In this document: positions 1 through 10,756 of the stretch, piece by piece
Numbering within the stretch: position 1 is the stretch's first letter
How the letters are laid out: each line of letters opens with the position of its first letter
DNA from: Octopus vulgaris
Lineage: Eukaryota
DNA: 64,000 bases
Direction: 5' to 3'
Assembly: GCA_951406725.2 (NCBI GenBank)
Contig: OX597814.1
Span: forward strand, 159,278,001 to 159,342,000
The notes under the pieces: model-generated
The model's input: only the letters and a program-made list of their open reading frames with translations
What the model was told of the DNA's origin: nothing
Database searches by the model: none
Position numbers and translations under genes: made by a program

Positions 1-1315
1 ATAGAGAGGGTTGTTTGTTCATTATAACGCGCCAGCATGTCATACCTTTGTTCCTGTACGAACGAGGCATATAATCGCTCAACCACTGGCATATACTTGC
101 TGTTTTTTGGTCTGGCAAGCACTATTGCATTTCATGCGCCTTGCTTCGCACGTGTATTGCCTTGTTTTTAGCAACACGTTTGCGTTGGCTTAGTTCTTTT
201 CCCGACTCATAGGACGTCGGATGTTCACATGCGTTGCGCCATGTTTAGGCGTAATTATTTTTCCCTGTTAGACCCCTGTTTGGTCACGTAATTAACAGAG
301 AAAATTATCTGTGTCGCGCATCACACCAGCGTGTTTGCACCTTTGCCTTTTGTGTTACTAGCGAGCTTCTGTCAATTCCATTTCCTCTCCTGCAGCAATT
401 GATTTAACTGCTATTTTGCAGGATCAACCACCTTTAGAGAAGTTGGATTTAATTTCGCCTAGGTTCATTGACTGTGAGTTTTGTTTTCCCTCCGCTCCTT
501 TCAGCGGAAGGGTTTATACTTTGTGACGTATACACTTTCATGCATGCACTCTTGATTTTTGCTCATTGAGTATTTTTTCTCTTTTTCCTTTAGTAAATTT
601 CTTGTGTATGTTATAAATTTTGCCATTATATTATTGTGTGCTATTTGGTTATCTGGTGTCCACCTTGAGTTTAAAGTCACTACAAAGGATTTTGTGTCGT
701 GCTACCCACTGGAGGGGAGCCTTGTAGTGACGCTATATAGCGGCGCGCGCGCGCACCGTCCATTTTCTATCTCGCGCGTGCGAGTGTTGGTGCCTTCACC
801 AAGGCACAGAAAGGAAGGGCCCTCTCGCGCATGCGCGAACCACCGGAAGCACGACCCTGGCCAAGGCAGGGGGATCGTAGAACGTTTGACCACTAGCAGC
901 AGCAAGCGGTGACTTTGAGACATGGCTATCGAAGGCAACGGTCACGTATATTCTCTCTCCGTCAGGCCTTGATTCTAGCAGCAGTCGGCCGAATGCCTTT
1001 AACCAAATTGTTGCCGACCACATTCAACTTCCCTGTACGACGCCATCTTGAACCCGTTCTGGTTTTTAGCGGCTGAATATTGTAAATATTACAATCGATT
1101 AACTTTCAGCCTTGCGCGCCCCGAACCAAGGACATCAGATAACTACTTATTGTTATTGTTACCAAGAAAGAGAATAAAGTAGTATATATATATTTTACGT
1201 CTGCGTCTTGTTGTTTTTGACTGGTAGAGTCTGGATTATTAAAGCAACGGCTAGTGATTGCTTTCTTGTACCCCGAAAGTACAAGAGAAGATATTCACAC
1301 GCTAAGTTCGTTACA
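1..1315 (+). mobile_element. 3' end of an LTR retrotransposon: non-coding internal tail, polypurine tract and 3' LTR (723-1315)
   Basis: Purine run GGAGGGGAG (711-719) sits just before TGTAGTGA (723-730). The segment ends in TCGTTACA (1308-1315), an imperfect inverted TG...CA terminus. AATAAA near 1173. More GC/CpG-rich than the flanks. Confidence 0.6.
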
Positions 1316-2320
1316 CTCCTATTTCTGCTTGTACCCGAGCTCCTCTATTCATATGACTACGCATTGGTAGCCTATTCCCAAGATTATTTACAAACAATTT
1401 CGCCAGAGCAACTATTTGTTTAATGCCTCTCACCATTAACACTAAGAAAACATGAGTGATGTTCTAGCTAAAATCTCATGATGAGATCATAAAGTTAAGT
1501 GAAGAATAAATGAAGTTTGTTTACAAGTTCTACTGTCTGCGAGGTGGGAACTTCTAATGAAATATTTACATAACGGTGAAATCACGGTGTGGATAGAGAA
1601 AGTAAGTATTGCTTCTGATGACTACATGACATGGTCTGGTCTGACCATGGAATTCACCTTAACACTTAGGTATACATCGGAATGTTGACCTGACTACTCT
1701 TTTATGCGATAGTGAATTTTCCACGTAGCAACACCAAGGTGTCAAAAACCAAAACAGTTCCAGCAAATATGCCTCCAGAAAATCATGTGAGAAAACATGG
1801 TATCTAATACAACAAATATGCGTGAAAAATTAAATTAATATACCAAACGTAAAAATTTTCATTTAATTTTAAAATTTCAAAAAGTGAAGCCAAGTAGAAT
1901 AGATCCGAAGAATATAAACATTTAAAAACTTTGTAAAGGAATACAAAATTTATATAATAAAAATCGTCGCAACTTATATTACAGTAAATACATTTTGTTT
2001 GTTAGATATAAACTATACAGCGTATATACATATACAACATAGCAAAGACAAAAATAAATTACATCAGTTTAACCCTTTATTATTTCTATTTCTTAACTCA
2101 CTAAATTTATTTCTACAGAATCCAGCTCATTCATCTTCGATAATAAAAGTTGTCGATCAATATATAGTATTTACATATATCCACACCGGACCACATATAT
2201 ATCCCACACAGACTCACCATCATACATGCGTGCACGTACACACACGCACACACACACATTCAAAAAAGTAAAAACACAGAAAAGTTTGGTAACCACGAAA
2301 CAGTCCTTAGTGCAGATAGT

Positions 2321-2690
2321 AATAATAATCCTTTCTTTTACAAGCACAAAGCCTGATATTTTGAGGTAGAGTCGATTAAAGCGGCCCCTGTATTCAACGG
2401 GTACATATTTTATCGACCCTGAAAGGATGAAAAGCAAAGTCGACCTCGGCGGAATTTGAACTCATAACGTAAAGCAGGAAGAAAAGTCGCTAAGCATTTT
2501 GTCTGGCGTGCTAACGATTTTCCAGCTCGCTGCGTTACTAATAATCACAATAATTTCACATTTTGGCACAAGAACAGCAACTTCGGAGGAGGGGTAAGTC
2601 GAATACATCCACACTAGTGTTCAACTTGTATTTATTTTATCGACTCTGAAAGGAAGAAAGGCAATGTTGTCACACCAGAATTTGATGTAT
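2321..2690 (-). mobile_element. tRNA-derived SINE family A, one copy plus a partial copy
   Basis: Shares GAAAGGATGAAA(A/G)GCAAAGTCGACCTCGGCGGAATTTGAACTC with the copies at 26955, 42015 and 52120. The B-box-like GTTCAAATTCC lies on the minus strand. Confidence 0.8.
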
Positions 2691-2719
2691 GTTCATTTAG
2701 TGCTTGCTTTGGGGCGTTA

Positions 2720-3085
2720 TTTTAGATAGCGGCTTCCCAACCTAATGGTTCCTGATTCAGTCCCACAAAGTGCCAACTTGGGAAAGTGTCTTCTATTTTA
2801 GCCTCCGGTCGACCAAAGCCTTGTGAGTGGATTTGCTAAACGGAAACTGAAAGAAGCTTGCCACACACATATATGTCGGTGTTTACCCCCACTCCCCGCT
2901 TCACAACCGGTGTTGGTATGCTTACGTCCCTGTAACTTAGCTGTTCGGCAAAAGAAATCGCTAGAATAAGTACTAAGCTTTAAAAAGTAAAAGGTCCTGG
3001 GGTCGATTTGTTTGACTAAAGCCCTTCAAGGCGGTGCCCCAGCATGGCTGCGGTCAAATGACTGATATAAGTAAAAGATAAAAGG
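2720..3085 (+). mobile_element. tRNA-derived SINE family B
   Basis: Core GACCAAAGCCTTGTGAGTGGATTTG...GGAAACTGAAAGAAGC and tail CCCCAGCATGGC...AAATGACTGA, shared with copies at 19375, 43570, 45360 and 58650. Confidence 0.8.
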
Positions 3086-3177
3086 TGTGTATGTGTGTGT
3101 GTGTGTGTGTGAATTGTGAGAAACGCACGTAACGATGCATAAAAATATTTATAAATCTCATCCAAGCGTAAAGACCG

Positions 3178-4058
3178 TGTAATGCGTGGTGACGAGGGTG
3201 GCTCTTTAGTACATCACACAGCCCTTACAATAAATATGCATTCAATAGTACAAGTAAGTCCCAGAGAGATGTATTCGCATGTTAATTAAGTACATGTAAG
3301 AATGACAATAAAGAAACTGACAGTGAAAGAGTCTATAGCCATCGAAGTGAGAAGTTCATAGACGCCAGGAAGAGAATATCAGTTCGTAGTCAATTGTACA
3401 CGGTTGTTGAAATACTGTATCAAGAATTCGCGGCCATGATGCTGAGCCGGTTGCAGGTACGTGAAGTCGTGGCTGTGATGCCTGATATACAACCTGCAAG
3501 AACTTGATACAGGAGTTCTTGCAGGTTGTATATTCGCTCTTGATCCATAGTGAAGTAATTTACAAACGGAGAAGTGTTAGAACCTGGGCGAGTTGCTAGT
3601 TGAGTTGTGTACGTAGAGAGATGTGTTGATGACGTTAAGATGATGATGGTTGCGACAAAGAAAAAGATTGCTGTAATGCTGTTGGGCGAAGTAAGTCAAC
3701 GTTGCTGCTATGGTGTCGTCGCTAGAACTGGCTGTGTCTTATGTGGTCAATGGCTAGACTTTAAAAGGTCTGGAACCAAAGACGTGTAATGAGGAAAAAG
3801 CTGGGGTTTTATAAGGAGCTGTAGGCTCAAAACTGGGTTGAGAACAGGCTGTCTCGCGTGATTTTATTTAGAGGCTCCGATTGGTTGTACGCGACAAATT
3901 GGCGCAACAGAGTAAGAAACAAATTGTGCCAATATCAATCAATCAGAGTTGTGGACACAACGAGGTCCAAATAGCGGCCAAAGGCTGTTGCCAGCTACGT
4001 TCGATTACACGTATATAAAATGAAGGGAGAGAGGAATTTCACCCGCATCTGCGCTACA
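3178..4058 (-). mobile_element. LTR-like element, possible solo LTR
   Basis: CpG-rich block with TGTA...TACA ends. On the minus strand, CCAAT boxes (3880-3884, 3898-3902) lie upstream of TATAAAA (3807-3813). No clean target-site duplication, so the ends are uncertain. Confidence 0.35.
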
Positions 4059-4255
4059 CAGGGATTATTACTATTATTATTACTAGATTTACCCTATATT
4101 ATATTGGCACAGCTCAGTACGACCTCAAAAAATTGGTATTAGCAGTTGACCTCATTAGGCTGTAGCCTACATAATAAAATAGTTTTTATATGCGTATTCA
4201 AAACGTTTCCCGTAAACGAACTTAAAGGATATATATATATATATATATGTGTGTA

Positions 4256-4693
4256 CGTGGTCTAATCAATAAGTATCCGGACTGTTACCATAGTAACGAA
4301 GCTAAAGCACGCAGAGTGAGGATCGCCAGGAAAAAGTTGACCTTCAACTCTGCTGTGCATGTGCACTAAGTTTTAACGTTCTAGCTCACTTCTGCTGTTT
4401 ACAGCAGTGCTTGGAAGAAAGGTGTGTAGCATGTAATCATCGTGTAGTGTGTAATTTCATGACAGAGGAAGTTGAGTATAGAATCTGCATCAAATTTTGC
4501 CAAAAGCTCGGCGATACCTGCTCAGAGGCCTACGCAAAGCTTTCAAAAAGTTTTCATTCGTTCTCAACACAATCAAGATCTTGTGCAACTGAAATCCGAG
4601 TGTTTTCTTGGTCAGCTCAAAGTAATTTTGGCACAAATTTGGCAGACACACGTCTCATATCCAAATCTTCGGTGATAATGGACTGAACCGAAC
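4256..4693. mobile_element. Rearranged mariner remnant
   Basis: TA then a mariner-like terminus CGTGGTCTAATCAATAAGTATCCGGAC. Plus strand encodes MTEEVEYRICIKFCQKLG (transposase N-terminus). The minus strand of 4551-4693 encodes SVQSIITEDLDMRRVSAKFVPKLL. Confidence 0.8.
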
Positions 4694-4925
4694 AGCTAAG
4701 AGACATATGCATATACAAAAAGAGCAGAACACACACACACACGCACACACAGAGAAAACTAATGACAGAGGCAGATGAGGGAAAAATAAGCAGGAGTATT
4801 AGTTTGGAGCTCGGGAAAATGGGAAAGTCTTTAACGTTTCGAGCTTACGCTCTTCGACAGAAAGGGAAGGAATGAGAGGGGGAAAATGTAGAGAGAAAAG
4901 TATGTCGAGATACATACATACATAC

Positions 4926-4994
<69 letters not shown>

Positions 4995-4995
<1 letters not shown>

Positions 4996-5334
4996 TAGAC
5001 TAGACTACCCGTGACCCCTTGGGTCACTGACGGTTCAGGTCATAAAACATTGAAGCTGATTTCAACATTACATAGAAATAAAAATTAATTTTATGATGAT
5101 TCAGTTAAATATGATTTTTCAAATCCTATTCACTTAAAATACTTTTTAATAATTAAAATATTGTCTGTTTAAAGAAGGCTAAAATATAAATACTCACTGT
5201 GCAAACAATTTGTATCTTTTAGGGTTATGTTACTTTCGGGGTATTTTCCCAGTATGCGCCGGTTTGGCTGTATTAAATTACAGACTAGCACGCACGCAAT
5301 CACGCAAGAAATCACAATTTTAGTAATATATAGA
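4995..5334 (-). mobile_element. Non-autonomous Helitron
   Basis: Minus strand starts A|TCTATATATTACTAAAA and ends with hairpin GTGACCC-AAG-GGGTCAC followed by CTAG|T. This matches the TC...hairpin...CTRR structure inserted between A and T. Confidence 0.75.
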
Positions 5335-5349
5335 TAGGAGTATGTATAT

Positions 5350-5409
<60 letters not shown>

Positions 5410-5668
5410 TCCGTTTTTTTTTCGTCCTTGTTTTCGTATACATTCGCTGCTTTCTTTCAAGGAATCTAATGCTCTTAGCTTAGGTTTTCCTTGGGACTGG
5501 CCAGATTGGGGCAATCTCGAGTATAACCAGCCGAAATTGCAAAGATAATCTGGAACTCGACTGAGGAAAGAAAATTTCGTATGACCCGTCCGTGTTTTTC
5601 CTTGTCCTTATTTTGTATCATCTAGCTGTCTGGATGTTTTGCGTTCTTGTCCCATTTTCGTATTCCTT

Positions 5669-5721
<53 letters not shown>

Positions 5722-6229
5722 GATGGTCTTCTCTCAGTTTCTGTCTACCAAATCCACTCACAAAGAAAACTTCTTACCACACAGCCATGCCTGCGCACTA
5801 CTCAAAATCGCCCTAAGCAAGCCACCTCCAGACAAGAGGTTGGGGAAAGGAGCATTATTGCCACATATCTCCTCATTGCTCTCTCACTTTGTTTCACCCT
5901 CTTTCTTTCTTTCCTTCTTTCTCTCTCACTCTCTTTCTTTCCCTCTCTCTCTCTCTCCCTCTTACTCTCTCTCTCTCTCTGCATTTATATGTGTGCATAT
6001 CTAAGAAGCACATAGATGATGGTAATAAGATAATTATGTTATAATTTTTTTGTGAAATGGAATAAGATGAAATACAGGTAAAAGAAATTATACCTATAAA
6101 ATACGATAAATGAAATGACAATAAAGAAACTAACAAAATGAAATTAAAAATAGATGGTAATAAAAGACCCGATAAAGATATTGAAATGAGGAAAGCTTCA
6201 ACATTAGCCATGATAACTTAACTCTTAAT

Positions 6230-7450
6230 TTAAAGAGATCAGTATCATATCTGTAGAAAAACAATGGGTGAAACTTTATAATACAATGCTTTCTATGTGG
6301 GATATTCAAGTAGCTTGGAAGCGATTTGCTAAATTTTCAAACTGACTTCTGATGTAAAATTACCGAATTAGCAAGACCAAGGAATGAAACTCATCTAAAC
6401 ATCTACAATTGGAACAAACGGTAGGAAAGGTTCGTCAATGATAGAACGGGTGGAATGTCGAGAAAAAGCTCATCATCAACTAAACTACACATTCATTGAA
6501 GAAACCCACCAAAGTGTAGTACTCTATTTTGGAGAGGATCTCGCTCATTTAGAGACACAGTAGAATTTCAGTTGTTAGAAAGGTTTTGGAACGACAGAAT
6601 AATTTCTGCTCCACTTCGTAGGAGTCACATCTCAAATCAGGAGTGAATTTAAAATACGAGAATCTATCCAGGCAACGAAACTTCTTCAAAACAGCCCTAT
6701 CTATCGAAATTCATGATTGTGTATTAAATAACATGAGTCATTTGTTTCCCAGTTGCATAATGCCAGATACGCCACTGGAAAGATCTGCTACTAAGTCCAA
6801 GTGTGTGACTTTCTTGGAGAGGAGACTACAAAATAAAGCAGCAGCAATAATTATATCAATAAAGGGTCATTTATAAAGAGTAAGTAGGATGTAGATCCTA
6901 GGAGAATTCCAAGGGTATACCTAAATTTGTTTCGTAAATATCGGACAGCCAGTTGATATATTTAGAACTTCTTCCTGTTAATATTGCTTTGATTGTGAAA
7001 AAGAAAATCAGATATGTCAAAGATGTTCGGTTTAAGAATCTTGTATGCCTTGCCAAATCAATTGCTTTATATATGCTTAAGACAATAAAACAACCATCAA
7101 AACTGTGCATTGCTTATATAAATTATGACTATAAGCATTACAACCGAGCAGTTTGGGAGACCGAAAAATCATTCGGCTTTTCTCTAAGGAGATGGGATGT
7201 ATTCAAATTGTCAATGTGCTTGTCTTTCCTGTTAATCTATCGGTCTACACTCCAAAGTAAATAAGATATTTGAACCAATGAACCTTATTTATAGGCCACA
7301 TAGCAAAATGACAATTATGCTTAATTCAAGCTACCTTATAAAATACATCCCGGGAACTGAAAACTGACATGATGCAAACATAATTCTTGAACTGTCTATA
7401 ATAATTGGTGTGTTCTAATATACACTATAGTATATCCCAAGTTATCCCTA
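6230..7450 (+). mobile_element. Highly decayed non-LTR retrotransposon fragment, possibly RTE-like RT
   Basis: Only a weak RT-like motif, KLCIAYINYDYKHY (compare L-x-AFIDY-x-KAFD). Many stops. Confidence 0.3.
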
Positions 7451-8071
7451 CCATGAAGCGAGTTGGAAACACTCAACCTTCGATCACGCAAACTATTTTT
7501 TTCTGTGATCCTCTCTAACCCCACCTACTGAACGTGTTTGCTGAGTATATTTGTAGAGTGTAGCAGATTTATCAATATAACTATAGACTGAAAATAAGCG
7601 AAGTGTGTGTGTGGGTGGGGTAGGAGAATGTGTTCCAATTAACCCTATCTACTCCTATGTGTGTGTATAATTAAGATATGCAAATTATTGTTCCTCCATT
7701 TGCACGGTGACGATCTGGATTGTTTAATTGACTCCCTATCTCGCTATCTCCCCATCAAGTTCTGTAACCCTAGACAAAGAGTACTTGCTTCCGGATATTT
7801 GCTGTTCCCAGAAGTGTTGTCTTTTGCAATGCCATTGTGTCAAGGTGTGTCTGAACGATTTTCGACACTGGTTGCCACGCCGAACAAATTGGTTAGCGAC
7901 ATTTCGTCCGTCTTTACGTTCTGAATTCAAATGGTGCCACGGTTGACTGTGCCTTTTATTCTTTCGGGTCTATAAAATAAGTACTAGTTGAGCACTGGGA
8001 CCGATACAATCGACTAGCTCCAAACCCCACCTCATCCACTCTCCAAAATTTCAGACGTTGAGCCTATTGCA

Positions 8072-8382
8072 TAGTGGTTCCCAAACTTTTGGGGGTTGCC
8101 GCATCCTTGACACCCAGGCCACATTCCTAGCGCCCCCACCTCAGCTAACCATTACAAACATAGACCTTTTTCTGAAGTAAATTCAAAGCAACAGTATTTC
8201 ACAAATAAAACTTAACCTAATGAACCCGTTATTTTGTTGTTTTTACATTTATAGCCACCCCATTGTCGCCCCACTATTTACATGAATCGTTACCCCATTG
8301 TTGCCCCACTTTTCTTCAAAGCCCCCTTGGAACTTTCAACCGCCCCCAGAAGGAACAATACCGCCCACTTTGGGAACCACTG
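8072..8382. mobile_element. hAT-type MITE inserted into a SINE A copy
   Basis: TIRs (T/C)AGTGGTTCCCAAA...TTTGGGAACCACTG. The 8-bp flanks CTATTGCA and TTATAGCA look like a diverged TSD. SINE A sequence continues on both sides (about 7870-8400). Confidence 0.8.
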
Positions 8383-8419
8383 TTATAGCAGAAAGGATTA
8401 TTATCATCATTGTGAACTT

Positions 8420-8960
8420 AAGGCTGCAAGCTGAAAGAATCGATAGCACGTCGGACAAAATGTTTAGTGGTATTTAACTAACTCCCTCTTCCTAAAATTT
8501 CTCGCCTTGTGCAAAATTTGAAACTGTTACCATTGTTGTTGATTAGCAGAATCGTTGAGTGTTGGACAAAATTACTTATAGTATTTCTTCTGATTCTTTA
8601 CGCTCTGAGATCAACTTTCACACTTTTGGTGTCGATGAAATAAAGTAACCGTTAAGTGGTGTCGATGTAATCGACTTTCCCCAACTGTCAAACTTGATGA
8701 TTTGTACCAAAATTAAAAAGAATTAATATTGTTGTGGATTGACACAATCGCTAGAATGTCGAACAAAATTACGTGTGACATTTCTTCCGGCTCGTTACAT
8801 TTAGAGTTCAAATCCCAACGAGGTTATTTTTACCTGTCACCTTTCCGAGTTGATGAAATAAAATACTAGTCAAGTACTGGAGTCGATTTAATAGACTAAC
8901 CATTCCTCTTCCTACATCTATGGACTTATACCAATGTTAAAAACCATTATAAGGGGCAAT
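8420..8960 (+). mobile_element. Cluster of decayed SINE A copies
   Basis: Three successive degenerate AGAATCG(T/A)TAG...GGACAAAA units, two of them continuing into GATGAAATAAA. Confidence 0.65.
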
Positions 8961-9680
8961 ATATTAGCAAAATCAATAGAACGGTATTTGATCCAATTCT
9001 TCATATTCAAATACACACGTTCAAACCCCGCTGAGGTGAAAATAATGAAGATTAGATTAGTCATGTACAACACAAGAAAAACAGTTATCTCTGCTCTAAA
9101 GATTCTGGCTCGGGGCCAGAAATATGATTGTGCACGACGTTGTATAGAAACGAGATATAGACATTGGATGAGAGGGCTGTGATTGCTGAGAGAGCTGTAC
9201 TTTACCTGGAAGGAAATGAGACGAGCATGTTCCGCTGGGTGTGCATGAACGACAGCACACAAATTATCAAAGAGAAAAACTATTTATGAAATTAAATGTA
9301 GTTGGCAGCAGAGAGGCCTGGACTATTAAGCGATCCAAGTGCATGAAAATTACGGGAGGAAGACCGATGAAGAACTAGTCAGAAGTAGTGAAAGCTGATG
9401 TTAAGACGATGAGTAATGAAATACTGTACTGAAGAAAATTTGTCCAAACTATGTAAGCATTGAGAAGAGGACTTTATTATAATAGAGATGATGATGGTGA
9501 TGATGGTAATGGGTACGATGATGATGATCAAGATGATGACGACAGCGACGAAAGTAAAGGATAGTCAATACAGTGTGCAAAATTTATTTTGTATGATATT
9601 TGTAGATAAACCGTTGGTGATTCTCTTGAATAATTCTCAGTTTCAGTCACACATAAAATATGTATGTTTGTGCGCGTTTA

Positions 9681-9720
<40 letters not shown>

Positions 9721-9729
9721 GATTTGCGT

Positions 9730-10440
9730 TGGACAAAACACATTGCTAAAATTGCCAAGAAGGCTGAGGGTGTCTTGGCATCACTTACCAGGCCTTTGTG
9801 AACCGCTCTCCGGCTATCTATCTGAGACTTTATATAGCTATGGTGCGACCTCACCTGGAATTTGCATCACCGGTCTGGAACCCCTATCTTGCCCAGGATA
9901 TTAATCGTCTGGAAACCGTTCAGCGACGTGCAACCAAGAGAATACCCTCCATAAGGCATTTGCCATATTCTGAACACCTTACTTCCCGGGCATGGATACA
10001 TTGAAACTCCGACGTCTGACAGCTGACTTGGCAGATACCCATAAAATTATTAACCATCTTACTGACAATAACTCTGAGCACCTTTTCAAACTCCACCTGT
10101 CTAACACCCGTGGACATGTTTACAAAGTCAAAAAACAGCACAGCTCCCATGACTTTCGGAAACATTTTTTCACGCCAAGAGTTGCTGAAGTATGGAACAA
10201 ACTGCCGGCATCAGTTGTTGGTTGTCGGAGCACTGCATCCTTCAAAACTTCCATGCTTCCTGAGATTCGCCAACACTAAACCTGATTTTCTCCCCTCCAT
10301 ACACACGCAAGCATGTATTTGACTCATATACTGTTCACTTCCCAGACATGTGTACATTACTGCATATGCTTTATACGCACTTTTGACAAGTTGTGGTGCA
10401 CCTGAGCACTGTATACAATAATTTCATTATTATTATTATG
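9730..10440 (+). mobile_element. CR1-type LINE 3' fragment
   Basis: LYIAMVRPHLEFASPVWNPY, ETVQRRATK, TLKLRR, NTRGH and RVAEVWNKLP motifs across a frameshift. Ends in an (ATT)n tail. Confidence 0.9.
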
Positions 10441-10723
10441 CATATATTTCGTTTTGGGATTTGGTTTGCAAGATTCTTTATGTGAGTTCGTGTGTTGAAG
10501 CATATTCTGTTGTGTCTGGGGAGAGACATTTTCTTTTGTGCCTCACCGGCAAAATTTCTACTTATTTCTTATTTTTATTTTCCTAAAATTTTAGTTGCGT
10601 CTTGCAATCTTTTCTATTGTCTTGACTCTGTCCGCTATTTACACAGCGTTCCTTTTTGTTTGTTTGTGCGCATGTGTATGGGCCAGAGTGTGTGTGCGTG
10701 TGTGTGTGCCTATGCATGCATGC

Positions 10724-10756
<33 letters not shown>

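Noticed and set aside
559-1023. Overlapping ORFs of 75-117 aa in GC-rich sequence
   Set aside because: They cross the PPT/LTR boundary, show no recognisable motifs, and are expected by chance at this GC content.
5555-5595. CTGAGGA...GTC hammerhead-like pattern
   Set aside because: The GAAA box is absent (CGTA) and the stems are unconvincing in this copy.
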